From Nitrososphaerales archaeon (GTDB taxonomy: Archaea > Thermoproteota > Nitrososphaeria > Nitrososphaerales > UBA213): a stretch of 64,000 nt of DNA. The DNA is taken from positions 160,001-224,000 of the forward strand of contig CBDAOC010000018.1 in the NCBI GenBank assembly GCA_965197925.1, given 5' to 3'. Below are positions 1 through 11,756 of this stretch, piece after piece (the stretch's first letter is position 1; each line of letters starts with the position of its first letter). Both the position numbers and the translations under genes were made by a program. The notes below the pieces were generated by a model that worked only from the letters and a program-made list of their open reading frames with translations, searched no databases and was not told the origin of the DNA.

Positions 1-191
1 TATCTAGCTTGCTAAACGCCAATATACACATAAACTTCCTGGATCCAACCTTAGGAGTAATCTCTACTAGATGTCATGCATGTGGTGGTAATGTTGCAAA
101 GGTTAATGGCCGTGTAAAATGTGTGGAATGCGATACATCTGATGAGAGAAAGCTTGCGGATGATTTTGGCAAGGCGAATCTGAAACTGTAA
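1..191 (+). CDS. csl4: Exosome complex RNA-binding protein Csl4, C-terminal part (5' end outside window)
   Basis: LGVISTRCHACGG...VKCVECDTSDERKLA zinc ribbon typical of the Csl4 C-terminus. Confidence 0.8.
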   Translation, partial: SSLLNANIHINFLDPTLGVISTRCHACGGNVAKVNGRVKCVECDTSDERKLADDFGKANLKL

Positions 192-201
192 GGTAATTAA
201 A

Positions 202-1017
202 TTGAAAGTTGCGTTCCAGGGGGAGCGTGGTGCATATAGTGAAATGGCGGCACGTCAGCACTTCGGACCCAATATAGAGGTATTACCAAGAAAGACCCTC
301 ACAGATGTCTTTCATACTATTGAAAGTAAGAAAGATTTCTATGCTGTCGTACCCATAGAAAATTCATTAGAAGGGAGTGTAAATGAAACTTATGATTTAT
401 TGGTTTATACAAGAAAGATGGTTTGTAACGAAATCTTTTTTCGTATAACCCATTGCTTAATTAGCTATAGTAATATTGGACTTGGTAAGATAAAAGGCGT
501 ATATTCGCATCCACAAGCACTTGCCCAATGCAGAAATTTCTTATCGAAATATGAAATGACGCCCATTCCTTTTTATGATACTGCTGGTAGTGTAAAAATG
601 CTTAAAGAATTTCCTGTCGACCACGCGGGTGCTATTGCCAGTCAAAGTGCTGCGGAAATATATGAAATGAAAGTAATTAAGAAAGGTATAGAAGACAACA
701 AGAAAAATTATACTCGCTTCTTAGTATTAGCATCCAGAGATTCAGAACCTACCGGCAATGACAAAACTCTGACAATTTTTACAACTAAACATGTCCCAGG
801 TGCTTTGCATAGAGTAATTGCAGAATTTGCTGCGAGAGACATAAATTTAACAATGATAGTTTCTAGACCCAAAAAGGAGAAACCGTGGGAGTATAATTTT
901 TATCTTGATTTTGAAGGTCATAGGAAGGATCCAAAAGTCAGGGAATGTTTGAGGTGTTTGAAATCTTATACTGTATTTTTGAAGGTATTGGGTTCTTACC
1001 CTAAATTTGGCCAGTAA
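202..1017 (+). CDS. pheA: Prephenate dehydratase
   Basis: VAFQGERGAYSE, PIENSLEGSV, SHPQALAQC, NYTRF motifs plus C-terminal ACT domain. Confidence 0.95.
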   Translation: MKVAFQGERGAYSEMAARQHFGPNIEVLPRKTLTDVFHTIESKKDFYAVVPIENSLEGSVNETYDLLVYTRKMVCNEIFFRITHCLISYSNIGLGKIKGVYSHPQALAQCRNFLSKYEMTPIPFYDTAGSVKMLKEFPVDHAGAIASQSAAEIYEMKVIKKGIEDNKKNYTRFLVLASRDSEPTGNDKTLTIFTTKHVPGALHRVIAEFAARDINLTMIVSRPKKEKPWEYNFYLDFEGHRKDPKVRECLRCLKSYTVFLKVLGSYPKFGQ

Positions 1018-2244
1018 ATGTATAACGTGAACAATAAAGAGCTATACTGTTCCAGGAATCCAGATATCCTTACCTGTAATATGCTATAAAGAAAAATCAT
1101 CGGAGTAACTATGTGAACCTTAGTTTGCTCAATTATTGTTAAAAGACTCAATATGCATACTTTAGAAAACAACGTCCTGGTAATTGAAATTGGCATGTTC
1201 TCTACATTTTCCCTTTTCAAAAATACTCCACTAATCCAAATATTTCTATTATTCATTGAGTCAAAAAAACTTTGATAATTTGTACGATTTTTTAGTTTCT
1301 ATGCAAAAGAGTTTCAAATAGCAAGGCTTTATACTCAAAACCAAACTCCATTCTTTCATACTATATAACCATCTTTCTGGTTCAACATGCTTCCTTGAAG
1401 ACATTATTCGCTGGAACTTTCATAAAATTACTCCTTAACTTCTTCAGCTGCTCATATGATAGAAAGCATTTTACTCAAAGCTTCATCTTTTCATACAACA
1501 TTCCCAGATCATTCCTATGAATCCTATTCAACTAGTCTATTGGCTGATTGTGAGAATTATTTATGCCAAGTATGTACGTATCTTCTCCTCTAGAAAATCC
1601 ACATTTGACCGAAAGCGAAATTTTATTTATTTTTTTCTATTAGATTGTTATTTTCTATTAGATTGTTACGTTTTTTTCTTACTATCTCCCTCCATTAGTA
1701 TATAGTATATGGCAAATATAGGAGAAATTGTCTGTGAATAAATAATTATAACATGGTTTTTTTTGGAAAGCCAGCTTTGGACAAAACTAGCTTCTTTGAT
1801 TGCCTTTTAGAACCTCTCCGATCTACTTCCAGATATCTCTCGCGTCTGAACCTTCTCCTTGTATCTCGTGAAAATCAACAATTATGGTAGTTATTCTTTA
1901 GGATCCCTTACTCCTAGCTCAATAATTTGGCCATGAGTTAGGTGTGTTTATCTGAAGAAACCAACTAGTTAATATTGGCATGCTGTTGTAGTTTCTTTGG
2001 ACTTTATAGCACAATCAAACAATTGCTGAACCTGTTAGTTTTTGCAAGCTAACAAAGGCTTGACATTATAAGTCATATGGCGTTTTACGTCACATAACAT
2101 CAACGTTATGATGTATTAATGCAACACAACTAGAGATATTTAGCTGGTGAATTAGACAAAATCCCTTAACAATATGAAGAAAATAAGTATCAGTAATAGA
2201 ACAGAAAGAGGATCTTCATACATGGAAGGAAAATCATGAATGTG

Positions 2245-2410
2245 GACTTACGGTAGAATCTGTGTTTATATTCTCTGTATTCAAGCGTAACTTTGGTTTT
2301 GGTGAACATGTGAAGCCAGTAAGATGGAAGAATATGGTGAAGGAACTAATGCTAAAAGCTCTATATGTAACATGTTCATTGCGATGAATCCAAAAGGGTT
2401 TGTATACCGC
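2245..2410 (+). pseudogene. IS5-family transposase C-terminal remnant with probable right end
   Basis: Translates as TVESVFIFSVFKRNFGFGEHVKPVRWKNMVKELMLKALY, like archaeal IS5-type C-termini; followed by GGGTTTGTATACCGC. Confidence 0.55.
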
Positions 2411-2589
2411 TATAATATGGTAATTATTCGGCATATGAAATAAATTTACTTCTTTTCTGAAAGAAAAAGGAAATTTTTGTTTTTGATTGGTTCCTAATCC
2501 CATCCACATTCCGAGAGCATATGTTATAACCTCTCAAAAGGGTTCGCTCTCCTACTCTTGGGACTTGTCTAACTTCTAAAGCGACAGCT

Positions 2590-2687
2590 TTGAAAAGCGG
2601 GAAGCCATAACAATATAAACTAAAATCCATTCTTACCTTGAAAAGCGGGAAGCCATAACAATATAAACTAAAATCCATTCTTACCTT
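2590..2687. repeat. 48-bp perfect tandem duplication
   Basis: TTGAAAAGCGGGAAGCCATAACAATATAAACTAAAATCCATTCTTACC at 2590 and 2638. Confidence 0.9.
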
Positions 2688-2892
2688 CTTTTTTTGGGGG
2701 TTTAATTCGTATTGATCCATTGACTTATTTAATACCTTGAATATGTATTCATGCATTCCAACTAAAGAATAATTTCAATTACCTAATGCAGAAGCTACAA
2801 ATGGGAATTTAGATTGATTCTATCTGAAACAGTAAGGCTTAGTAACTGCTAATACATACCTTATTAACATAGTAAACGCTACTATATGTGAG

Positions 2893-3117
2893 ATGAAAAC
2901 AAGAACCAATGAAGATCCTGGAATAAATCGCATGTATAAAACTATTCAGTCTTATCTAGATGGTAAGAACGACTGCGCTGAGGTGGTTAGTTATATGAGG
3001 GAGTCTGGTCTCAAATCAGAAATACTTGCTGGAATTATGAGGCAACTCTCCGATTTTGGTGATATTGATAGATATTCATTGTTGCGTCAAGAATGTAAGT
3101 TATTTGGTTTGTACTGA
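2893..3117 (+). CDS. Hypothetical protein
   Basis: ATG start, protein-like composition, 74 aa. Confidence 0.5.
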   Translation: MKTRTNEDPGINRMYKTIQSYLDGKNDCAEVVSYMRESGLKSEILAGIMRQLSDFGDIDRYSLLRQECKLFGLY

Positions 3118-3177
3118 TGTCTGCAAATATGAATTGGGTGATATGTGACGAGTAATATCAGGGAAAATATAGAATAA

Positions 3178-3441
3178 ATGAATTCTAAAAGTATGAAAAT
3201 AATAGAGATATCTAATCAGGCTACGCACTCCCCAACTGAGGATCTCAAACATCGCGTTTCCTTCCAGAAGCAGCAAAAGCAAGCCAAAAATGATCTGGTC
3301 AGTGAATTGATGACACTACTGAGCGAAAGTAGAAAAATGAAACTCAATGAGTCAGATAGCGCCTTGTTAGATGCATCTCTAACTAAATTAAATAAAAAAC
3401 TTTACGACGCTACTAGTCTAACTATACTAACTATACTTTGA
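3178..3441 (+). CDS. Hypothetical protein
   Basis: 87 aa helical-looking ORF following the previous one. Confidence 0.4.
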   Translation: MNSKSMKIIEISNQATHSPTEDLKHRVSFQKQQKQAKNDLVSELMTLLSESRKMKLNESDSALLDASLTKLNKKLYDATSLTILTIL

Positions 3442-3500
3442 TTATTATTCATATATTGTCAGGAAAACCAAATTATAGTCATCGAATCTCCTATATGTAA

Positions 3501-4596
3501 TTGAGGCTTGGGCGTAATTTAGTTCGAAACGATAAGATTAGATTTCTAGTTCATATTGGTAATGTGTTTAGCTCAGACTCCATACTCCTTCGCATATTAT
3601 TTTTGATTGACGTGATTCCTCGGCCAAAACCTAATAGGAAAAGGGTAGACCATTCTACTATTCTCCTACAGTAATGATGAGATGCTTCATCGTTAGAGTA
3701 TGGGTAAGAATACCAAGCAACAATGCTTTGTATGAATACTATTCGTTAGACATGCCATACAACAGGAGAGTTATGGAATCATGTGGTCTTGATAGGTTGC
3801 CAGACAGAAGAACATTCGACAGAAGGTCAAGGCCATATCAATTGACATAAGATCAAGGATAGATGTTATGGGTATGCTCTTCATAAAAGATGGGTTGGTA
3901 GACTCATCCATAGTATCCGTTGACAGTTCATTGTTGAAAGCAAAGGGACATGTATGGCATAGATCAAACATGAAGAAGAATGAAGTGCCACGCTCCGGTA
4001 TAGATACAGATGCTCGATGGGGCTACAGCAGAACCAAGGGATGGGTATTCGGATACAAGATGCATCTAGCATGTAGTACTGGTTCGTTGATAGTTCCATT
4101 ATCAGCTGATTTCACAACAGCTAACATTACTGATAACAAGATGTATGAAAGCATAACATCTTCATTGCCTACAGGAATGGTAAGGTATGTTGTAGGAGAT
4201 GAAGGATATGATGATCACAAGTTATGTGATTTCAGCAGGTATAGAGGGTATCCAGTATTCCCATTGGAAAGGTACAAGCATACTACAGATAATAATAGAC
4301 TGGCATTGCTGCAGTTCTATCAATCGGAATTTGAGCATGTATATTCTCGGAGGAGCATAAGCGTTGAGCCATTGACAGAGCAGATAAAGGATGTATTTGA
4401 TATAGACCCACTACCTGTTAGAGGATTTGATAAAGCTAGGAGCATCGTTCTGATTTCTATATTGCTATACCAGCTGATGGTATACTATAACTACTTGACA
4501 GGAAGACCATTAAGGGCATTGAAGCATATGTTGGGAAGTTAATCAATCAGAGGCATCAAGTTATTTTTGTTATATGGAATAATGCCAATGCCTCAA
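3501..4596 (+). mobile_element. IS element with DDE transposase (DDE_Tnp_1-type, IS4/IS5/IS982-like), frameshifted; copy 1
   Basis: Imperfect TIRs TTGAGGCTTGGGCGTAATT ... AATAATGCCAATGCCTCAA; ORF 3868-4542 has VDSS, DARWG-GWVFGYKMH, GDEGYD and RRSISVE motifs; 5' part in other frames. Confidence 0.85.
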
Positions 4597-4619
4597 ATAT
4601 TTAATTAATTGACAATCTA

Positions 4620-4801
4620 GTTTCAATCCTTGTTATTATGGATTCATCATTATGATTATGATCATTCGTTCATAACGATCCCAGAGTGTCGGTTTCAATC
4701 CTTGTTATTATGGATTCATCATTATGATTCAAGTGTATGCTCATCGACCTCAATCCGTATATTAGTTTCAATCCTTGTTATTATGGATTCATCATTATGA
4801 T
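4620..4801 (-). CRISPR. CRISPR mini-array A: 3 identical 37-bp repeats, 2 spacers (35 and 36 bp)
   Basis: GTTTCAATCCTTGTTATTATGGATTCATCATTATGAT at 4620, 4692, 4765; reverse complement ends ACAAGGATTGAAAC, the usual 3' handle. Confidence 0.92.
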
Positions 4802-4851
4802 CTTTATCGTCGTAATATGCTGTTAATTTCTCTCCAGATGCGTTTGTCAAT

Positions 4852-5900
4852 CTATCTTTTGGGCATAACCTTGATGGAATCTCCATCATTGATGATGGTT
4901 ATTCTTTTGATTCGTTTTCCAGGATTATTTACAAAGTTTGGTTTTGTACCGGCTTGTTTGATTAAATCCATGCACTTGTCCCGTCCAAGAGCAAGATCAA
5001 CGTTGGTTGCTTTGGCAGGTGTCTTGCCATTCAGACCCCTTATGTGGCTTTACAAAGTTATGGTTTATCTTCAACAGTTCTGAGAATGTCTGGACTGATT
5101 CATCATTGCCCAGTCCACTCCTTGCCTTGAGTCTCTCCCTGATTTTGTTGTGGTATATTTCCATTGGCCTGTTACAAATCCGTCTTTTAGTGATTTTGTC
5201 TTAATGTGCACTGTCCTGTTTTCAAATTCTTTTCTGATTGCCTCTTGGTAGGAGTTTAGGGGATCGGTTAGAATATGGTTCGGGTTTTTTTGATACCGTC
5301 CTCTTACCGCTTGGAATAATCTTCCTTGCATTTGCAACTTCACGTCTTTTGGAGACTTTTGTAGATATGGGAAATCGGGTTTTAGGATTTATAATACTCC
5401 ATAACCAATCATAAAATCCCTTTCCGGCCTTCTTTATGTTCTTGACGTTTAGAACCATTTCATCAAGTGACCAGGCATCACCTAAATCAGGATAAAATGA
5501 TTCTACATATTCTTTGATCAAGTATATGTGATTTTTTTATCCAGTTGATGACAGACACATGGGTTATTGAAATTCTATGTGTTGATTCTATATGTCTTGC
5601 AGTATTTCTGTATGAAACACCAGATATTACTAGGTTGATTGATTCGTAGATTATCTTGGGATCCGATGATACCTTTGAAAAACCATTCTCACCCAGAACG
5701 AATTTTCTATTGCATTGCTTGCAAGAATATTTCTGTCGTTTTGTTCCGTTTTTAAGCTTTCTGAATCCATGTTTGACTATAATGATAGAGTTGCATCTTG
5801 GACATATCTGTAGTCTTTCAGTCTTTTCGATTCTGTTTTGAATGGGAGATATTTTCTTTTAGGATAACGCAGCTCTGAATATACCCGCAATGCTTGTCAT
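4852..5900 (-). pseudogene. IS6/IS1-like zinc-ribbon DDE transposase, frameshifted
   Basis: Minus frames give CPRCNS...YSCKQCNRKF zinc ribbon, WSLDEMVLNV...WLWSIINPKTRF, ILTDPLNSY, and KTPAK..VDLALG near the end. Confidence 0.8.
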
Positions 5901-5974
5901 CCTGCGTTCTTAACCTGTAATGAAAGTCATGGCATTCACAAGTCCAAATATCAACATCCGGGAATCTCTGAATG

Positions 5975-6214
5975 TTATACTGTTTTTTTGAGTTTTGGGA
6001 ATCTACAACATGTGGTTGTTTGTAATTTTAGTATACTTAAAAGTAATCCCTTACCAATTGGATCACGCCCGGGAATAGAAACAAATCTACCACCGGCTTT
6101 CTGCAGGATATGATGACTTCTCTTGTGACTATAGATCCATTCTTTATCTCTAAGAAATTTTATTATATCCCTACTGGATACCTGAGGAAGCCTAGTCACT
6201 CGTGTTTTCAACAA
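5975..6214 (-). CDS. HicA-family toxin (type II TA), possibly degraded
   Basis: RLPQVSSRDIIKFL...SHHIL...VSIP...IGKGLLLSILK HicA pattern. Confidence 0.75.
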   Translation of the reverse strand: MLKTRVTRLPQVSSRDIIKFLRDKEWIYSHKRSHHILQKAGGRFVSIPGRDPIGKGLLLSILKLQTTTCCRFPKLKKTV

Positions 6215-6219
6215 TAATC

Positions 6220-6390
6220 AAGTTAAATTCTTTTTCTACCCCACGAGCTAAGTATTCCTTCTGCGGCTTTATGCATTTCTTATAGCCTCATCCTCCGTAG
6301 CCCCATCTGTAACTAAACCTTGTAAATCTAAGGATCTAGCTACGATTCTACCATCTTTATCTTGTTCTAATACTATTATACGATTGTTTC
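6220..6390 (-). pseudogene. HicB-family antitoxin remnant
   Basis: Minus frame IVLEQDKDGRIVARSLDLQGLVTDGATEDEAIRNA then stop; directly upstream of hicA. Confidence 0.7.
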
Positions 6391-6626
6391 GTTATTAATG
6401 ATTCCGCAATGAATTGAAACTAGAAAAGTCAAAAGCAAAACTTGATTTTGGGAAAATAATTCAAGTTGAATCCGTCCATTCTCTTCAAGTTAAGAAGGTT
6501 GATGGTGAAAAATATGCAGAAAAATGTGAAGGTCGTCTTTTAGTTGAAGGAACCGATATTGATTTTGCGAGTGTGCGGAACGATGACAACCAACGATATC
6601 GCCCCATTTTTAGAGATGAATTATCT

Positions 6627-7513
6627 CAACTCATCTCAAAACTAACCATTTAGACAATTTTTAGCGACCATTTAGATCTATGAATAGCATCTATGAATAG
6701 CGACATCTAAAATTATTTTATGAAATTCCAAGAATTATCAGACAAACAGTGGAGTATGATGGAATCACACATACCACCACATGCAAAAACTGGCAGGCCT
6801 AGAGATGATGATAGAAAAATCATTAACGGAATAATCCATGTTCTAACTACTGGATGCCGATGGGACGATATGCCAAAAAGATATGGTGATGATTCTACTG
6901 CAAACAGAAGGTTAAACAAATGGCAACAAAAAGGAATCTGGAAAAATATTCTATCACGTACTATTCACTCAGCACATAAATCTGGCAAAATTAATCTACA
7001 AAAAATATCAGTTGACTCTTCATCCATTCCTGATAAAAAAGGGGCAATGTAACTGGATATAATGGATTCAAGAGAATAACAGGTACAAAAATACATGCCG
7101 CAGTAGAGGGTAACGGATTTCCAATATCCATACTGCTGAGTCCGGCAAATGAACATGACAGTACAAAATGCATGGATGTTACAGGATCAATTTCAGACTA
7201 TCTTGATGATGATTCAATACAACAGATAGAACCAGTTTATGCAGACAAAATGATGCAAAATACATCAGAATGTATTTGTGGGATAGAAATATTGCATGTT
7301 GCATCCCATACAAAATAAATTCCAAGTTCATCTTGCAAAATAATGATTGCAAACATTACAACAAGACAAGATTTGTAGTTGAGAGATTCTTTGCATGGCT
7401 CAAGAATGGATTTCACAGAACAAGAATCAGGTATGAAAGAACGGCAGAAAACTATCTGGCATTTGTTAATCTTGCATCATTTTTGATGTATTGTAGGGTT
7501 TTGAGATGAGTTG
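6627..7513 (+). mobile_element. IS5-family element type A, copy 1 (two-ORF transposase; ORF B frameshifted)
   Basis: TIRs CAACTCATCTCAAAAC / GTTTTGAGATGAGTTG; ORF A KTGRPRDDDRKIINGI..TGCRW; AAAAAAGGGG slippery site; RFVVERFFAWLK C-terminus. Confidence 0.92.
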
Positions 7514-7822
7514 ATGTTCAAATTCAGAAAACAACAAATTCTAATAAAAAAGGCTAAATCCTAGATTATGAAAGAACTTAATGGATTTAAAGCCGACTCG
7601 CATCTTATGCACTACGTCATAAGCCATGGATCTATGAAATTAAAATAGATAATGAAGGCATCACATCTGACTACTGGACAGGGAGAAGCAGAATTAAGGT
7701 AAACATCATGCCAAAGTCGCATTTGTTCATAAATTCAAGCCGTCCTAGTATGGGGGTTACCACTATGTAAACCAAAAATTAAAGTCCGAATAGGGCAGCA
7801 GGAAAGCCATAGTAAAACTTAC

Positions 7823-8068
7823 CTACGAAGTTCTCCGGTTACCCTTTTCGAAGAGAGAATCTACTATGATAGGCGCAAATAGCATAAGTATTACCAAACC
7901 CAAACCCAAACCAAACTTGTAACTCTCCGTAGAGTTTGGAAACGTCCAACTGAAGCTGTCCTCAATAAAAAGTATGTAAGCTATAACACAGGTGAACGTA
8001 AAAAGTAATATGTTCTTCAAATTCAACATCGGTTTCAAGTTTAGCTTGAGCCGATCGATGTTGTTCAT
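7823..8068 (-). CDS. Small two-TM hypothetical protein
   Basis: 81 aa with two hydrophobic stretches, ATG start. Confidence 0.5.
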   Translation of the reverse strand: MNNIDRLKLNLKPMLNLKNILLFTFTCVIAYILFIEDSFSWTFPNSTESYKFGLGLGLVILMLFAPIIVDSLFEKGNRRTS

Positions 8069-8287
8069 TACTTATACTTTGAGTGTTTTGATATTAAATT
8101 TATTTTGAATATGGAATAAAATACTGGGCTATTTTAGAGAAGTATAACGGGTAAATAATAACAAAAGAAATTCAGACATGGAATGCAAAATAAGAGAAAA
8201 TGAGAACATAGGGCTTGCTCGGCTAATTTGACATTTCCTTAATAGTGGTTTACATTAAGTTATACCCTTATTCTTTGAAGGTATAGA

Positions 8288-8803
8288 TCACTGACTTGAA
8301 AGGGTATCACTATGATAATTTACTTCATGACCATTATCTCTACAATATTCCTCATATGCCTGTCTTGACAGTTGGTCTGCTTCTGCATTATTTTCTCTAT
8401 TGACCCATATGAAACGCAGGCTCGCATTCACCTTGAACATCAGTCTTTTTGCTTCCTTAAATTTCGCAACATAAAGACCATTTTTGACTTTCCACTTACC
8501 CGTCATCTGCTCCACGACAAGTTTCGAGTCCAATTTTACTGAGATATTGCCTTGAATACCCTTTTGTATCAGATACTCGAGAAGTGCTACTAGACCAGAA
8601 TATTCTGCAACGTTGTTACTCATTCCATCGCCCTTACCGACGAATTTGGCCTCTTGATGAATTTTCACCATATTCCTATCATATACGACAAAACCATATG
8701 TTGCAACTCCACCTGGATTGACAGGTTCACATAGACCATCTATGAATGAAGTAAAGTCCTTTTCAGGTGCTAAATAGTCATCAAAAGACATCTGTTTAGT
8801 CAT
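8288..8803 (-). CDS. Ribonuclease HI family protein
   Basis: FIDG...NPG, SNNVAEYSG, DSKLVVEQMTGKW, WVNRENNAEADQL; all four acidic residues present. Confidence 0.9.
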   Translation of the reverse strand: MTKQMSFDDYLAPEKDFTSFIDGLCEPVNPGGVATYGFVVYDRNMVKIHQEAKFVGKGDGMSNNVAEYSGLVALLEYLIQKGIQGNISVKLDSKLVVEQMTGKWKVKNGLYVAKFKEAKRLMFKVNASLRFIWVNRENNAEADQLSRQAYEEYCRDNGHEVNYHSDTLSSQ

Positions 8804-9852
8804 TGGAAAAACCTATGGTAGAGCTGTTAACTGTTTAGCATGGTATATCCCTTTTGGTGAAGTTTCTTTACTTACCTTTCTCTACCTCTGTTCTTATTAT
8901 CTTAATAATAGATCACTGTTTATTGAATTATCAGTAGAATACAGAGTTGTTCTTAGTTACAGTTTTGATATTAGGATAATTCTTACTTTACTTACCTCTT
9001 ACTTTACCATAAGGTTTAGTGGTTAGATTGAAAAGGGGATATAGATAGAAAAAAGATTTTGAACGGTACTACCATATATACTACTGTTAATACGAATGTA
9101 TTCACCAAACATGCTAAACAATGCAAAGAACAATCCTACTGGTAATACCTCAATTATAGTCTAGCAATTGGACTTTGCATTTGCCCATGGTGTGACACCA
9201 TCACCAGTTGTGTGACAGTCAATTACTGTGTCAATAAAGAAGGTGATAGGGTTATTATATTAATTCAATCAAAATTGCTTACCTCCAACATCATATCTTA
9301 ATATGTATCAGAATATTGTCTATTGGAGTATTGGAGGAAATACCTAACCTAACTTCGGTATCTTGGTTCACTTGTAGTGACATGGTAGTCCTTTTGTATT
9401 AAATTCTAACAGCACTCAAGTACTTTTCTAAATTAAGAATTTTCTAAATTAAGAATATTACAATAATCCATGTGTGAACTTCAGCATTATGGGAATTATT
9501 ATTTTAATATATTCATATGTAATTGAATCCTTTTTTATTTCCCTTACACTTCATCATATGGGAGGAATAATCAATTCAATTTTTGAGACTCATTATCATA
9601 CCTCTTGTTTATTGAGGGTACACACCAAACTGTGTAGTTATTGAAGTGGGGCTTCAATTAATCTCACTAAATCCTGTAACTTGGACAATAATCGAATGGG
9701 TATATCAGGGATAACTTTCTACTGTGTTTGGAATTGGTATCAAGCTTCTAAAAAGAATCTTCCTCACCCTTAATAATTCATATACAAATATCTGATGGGA
9801 TAGTTATCGATTCAGCTTTTTGGCAACCATCTGGAAATTATTATATATTTAG

Positions 9853-10884
9853 TTGAGGAATTATGCAATAATGAGCATAACTTGGGTGAGGTTGTTCCAG
9901 TTTAATCTTGATAGAATATCATCCATTATAGAGTATTCATTGTCGAAACAAAGAAGACACTTTCTGTTGCTAACAGGGATATTCTTCATCAGTATTTTTC
10001 TTCTTTTCATGGCGGCTGCTTGGCTTTCAATATCATCAACGAGGGGAGAATTTGGTCACCCACCTGTAGGTGTTTACCCAAATTATTTCGACTTTACACC
10101 GGAGAATATCGCTAATACAATATCCTACTGGCGATCTCCAACATACGGACTTATTGAGAAGATAGAATTTTTGCTCAACACCTCCATATTGATATATGGT
10201 TCATATAATCCCGAAACTAATGTTGTTTCGGGAGCGTTTCAGGTCGGTTTAGGCCAATTACTAGGTATAGTTTCAATGGCTTTTCTAATGAGTATGTACA
10301 CGAACCTTTGGTTACTCTCTAGGAGAAATGGTTATAGAATTAGTGCAGTTGCTAAAGGAACAGGCTTTCTAGCTGCAAGTGGAGCAGGAGCGAGTGGTAT
10401 TTTCTCGATGTTATTGCTTGCAGGTAGCGATGGAGGGACAGGTGCAAGTGCTCTATTCTTTTCCTTGCCGATTATAGGTCAGTTCTTCAGTGGATTATAT
10501 GCTAAATTTGACACTATGTCAGTTTTACTGATCGTAATCCCTGCAAATTTGTTATTGACCGGTCTGATTGTTTTTTTGGCTAGCAAGTTCCGGGAAATTC
10601 CCACTGCGGAATCCAAAACAACAAAAGAATTTAACGGCTGGTTAAATATTGTTGCTTATCTAATTGTAGCAGTCATCTTTCTATTCACTTTTGCGATTGC
10701 AGTCTACTGGTGGTATTTTCAATCCATAGTAGTGATAAACTCGGGGTTAACGGGCGGAGTTCAGAATGCAACTGTGGCCATTTACACCACGTTACCTTTA
10801 TCCGCATCTCTATTCTTGATGTCAGCCTATACACATCTTCGTTGGACGTTCCGTCAACGGAAGCTCTTGAAAATATCTGGATAA
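9853..10884 (+). CDS. Multi-pass membrane protein of unknown function
   Basis: 343 aa with about six hydrophobic segments; start uncertain. Confidence 0.7.
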   Translation: MRNYAIMSITWVRLFQFNLDRISSIIEYSLSKQRRHFLLLTGIFFISIFLLFMAAAWLSISSTRGEFGHPPVGVYPNYFDFTPENIANTISYWRSPTYGLIEKIEFLLNTSILIYGSYNPETNVVSGAFQVGLGQLLGIVSMAFLMSMYTNLWLLSRRNGYRISAVAKGTGFLAASGAGASGIFSMLLLAGSDGGTGASALFFSLPIIGQFFSGLYAKFDTMSVLLIVIPANLLLTGLIVFLASKFREIPTAESKTTKEFNGWLNIVAYLIVAVIFLFTFAIAVYWWYFQSIVVINSGLTGGVQNATVAIYTTLPLSASLFLMSAYTHLRWTFRQRKLLKISG

Positions 10885-11421
10885 AGACTTAAAGTCCAGG
10901 CTAAGACTGCATAACAAGATATCTCTAGCTTTTCACTACTCAATTAATAAATATGTAGAAAAAATTGTCCAATTACTCGATTGCTACAAGTCATATTTTT
11001 GGAATGATAATTGATATCTATCAATAGGGAATCCAGTAGAATAGATCAATTATCACTATGTTATACTTCAAACAGTTGTATAACCATGGAGTTGCTCAAG
11101 CTAATTTGAAAGGATAATTTAGGTCCAAATTGTTGATTTGGTAAAAATAACCTAGATGTGAAATACCGTTACTGGTTTCTAATTGTGATATTGATAAGAA
11201 TCTCATAAACCAATTTGGAAAATTGTTAACGAGGTTGTTTTCTCTGGGAAATGTGCCATACAAGTTAAAAATCACATCGAATTGAACTAGTAAACAAAGA
11301 TTTGATGATGTCTGAAATGACTTCATAGGCACACTACGGAAGTTAAGAACCTATAATGCTCTCAATACACATACTAGTATTTAGTTGACTAAATAACATT
11401 TTATACAAACGACACATGTAG

Positions 11422-11703
11422 TTGTATATGACTGAAGAGAAACCACAAGAAAGAGTCGAGGAAAATGAACTAGACCAGAAAGTACAGGAACCTATAAAGA
11501 AGTTCGAGGAACTTGTTGCAAAATATGGAAGGATGCAGAATCTTCATATGTTCGAATCTTTCCATAGTCCTGGGTTTAACAGAAAGCATCCAAGTAAGGT
11601 TAATACTATCAGGTATGTATTAGATGGAAATCAAGTTAAGGTAAGTTGCATATGTGGTGCATCGCTGAATTTGACTGATTACACTAAACTAGGCTTGGCG
11701 TAA
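11422..11703 (+). CDS. Hypothetical protein with His/Cys (CxCG) motif
   Basis: 93 aa, TATA-like TTTTATA upstream, SCICG motif. Confidence 0.6.
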   Translation: MYMTEEKPQERVEENELDQKVQEPIKKFEELVAKYGRMQNLHMFESFHSPGFNRKHPSKVNTIRYVLDGNQVKVSCICGASLNLTDYTKLGLA

Positions 11704-11756
11704 CAAGTTTACTTTTATTGAGGCCTAATATTGAGTTGAACGCCCTGACGGAGTAT

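Noticed and set aside
2050..2150. LRH-containing frame suggesting a tyrosine recombinase fragment (similar YALRH near 7610)
   Set aside because: Too short and interrupted to support
2424..2756. Minus-strand 110-aa ORF with a repeated peptide
   Set aside because: Repeat comes from the 48-bp DNA duplication; no protein-like features
4802..4860. Possible fourth, degenerate repeat of array A (GTTTGTCAATC near 4842)
   Set aside because: Similarity ends after about 10 nt and overlaps the stop codon of the IS6-like gene
4775..5204. Plus-strand ORFs 4775-5083 and 5007-5204
   Set aside because: Shadows of the minus-strand transposase; the first starts inside a CRISPR repeat
7795..7822. AAGCCATA...CTTACC similarity to the 48-bp repeat unit at 2590
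   Set aside because: Short gapped match that could be chance
8843..9045. TATATCCCTTTT / AAAAGGGGATATA inverted pair resembling casposon-type ends
   Set aside because: Short, low-complexity and not sharing the longer terminus motif seen at 30.7-34.3 kb
9100..9800. Probable decayed membrane-protein gene
   Set aside because: Fragments are hydrophobic but no family could be assigned by eye
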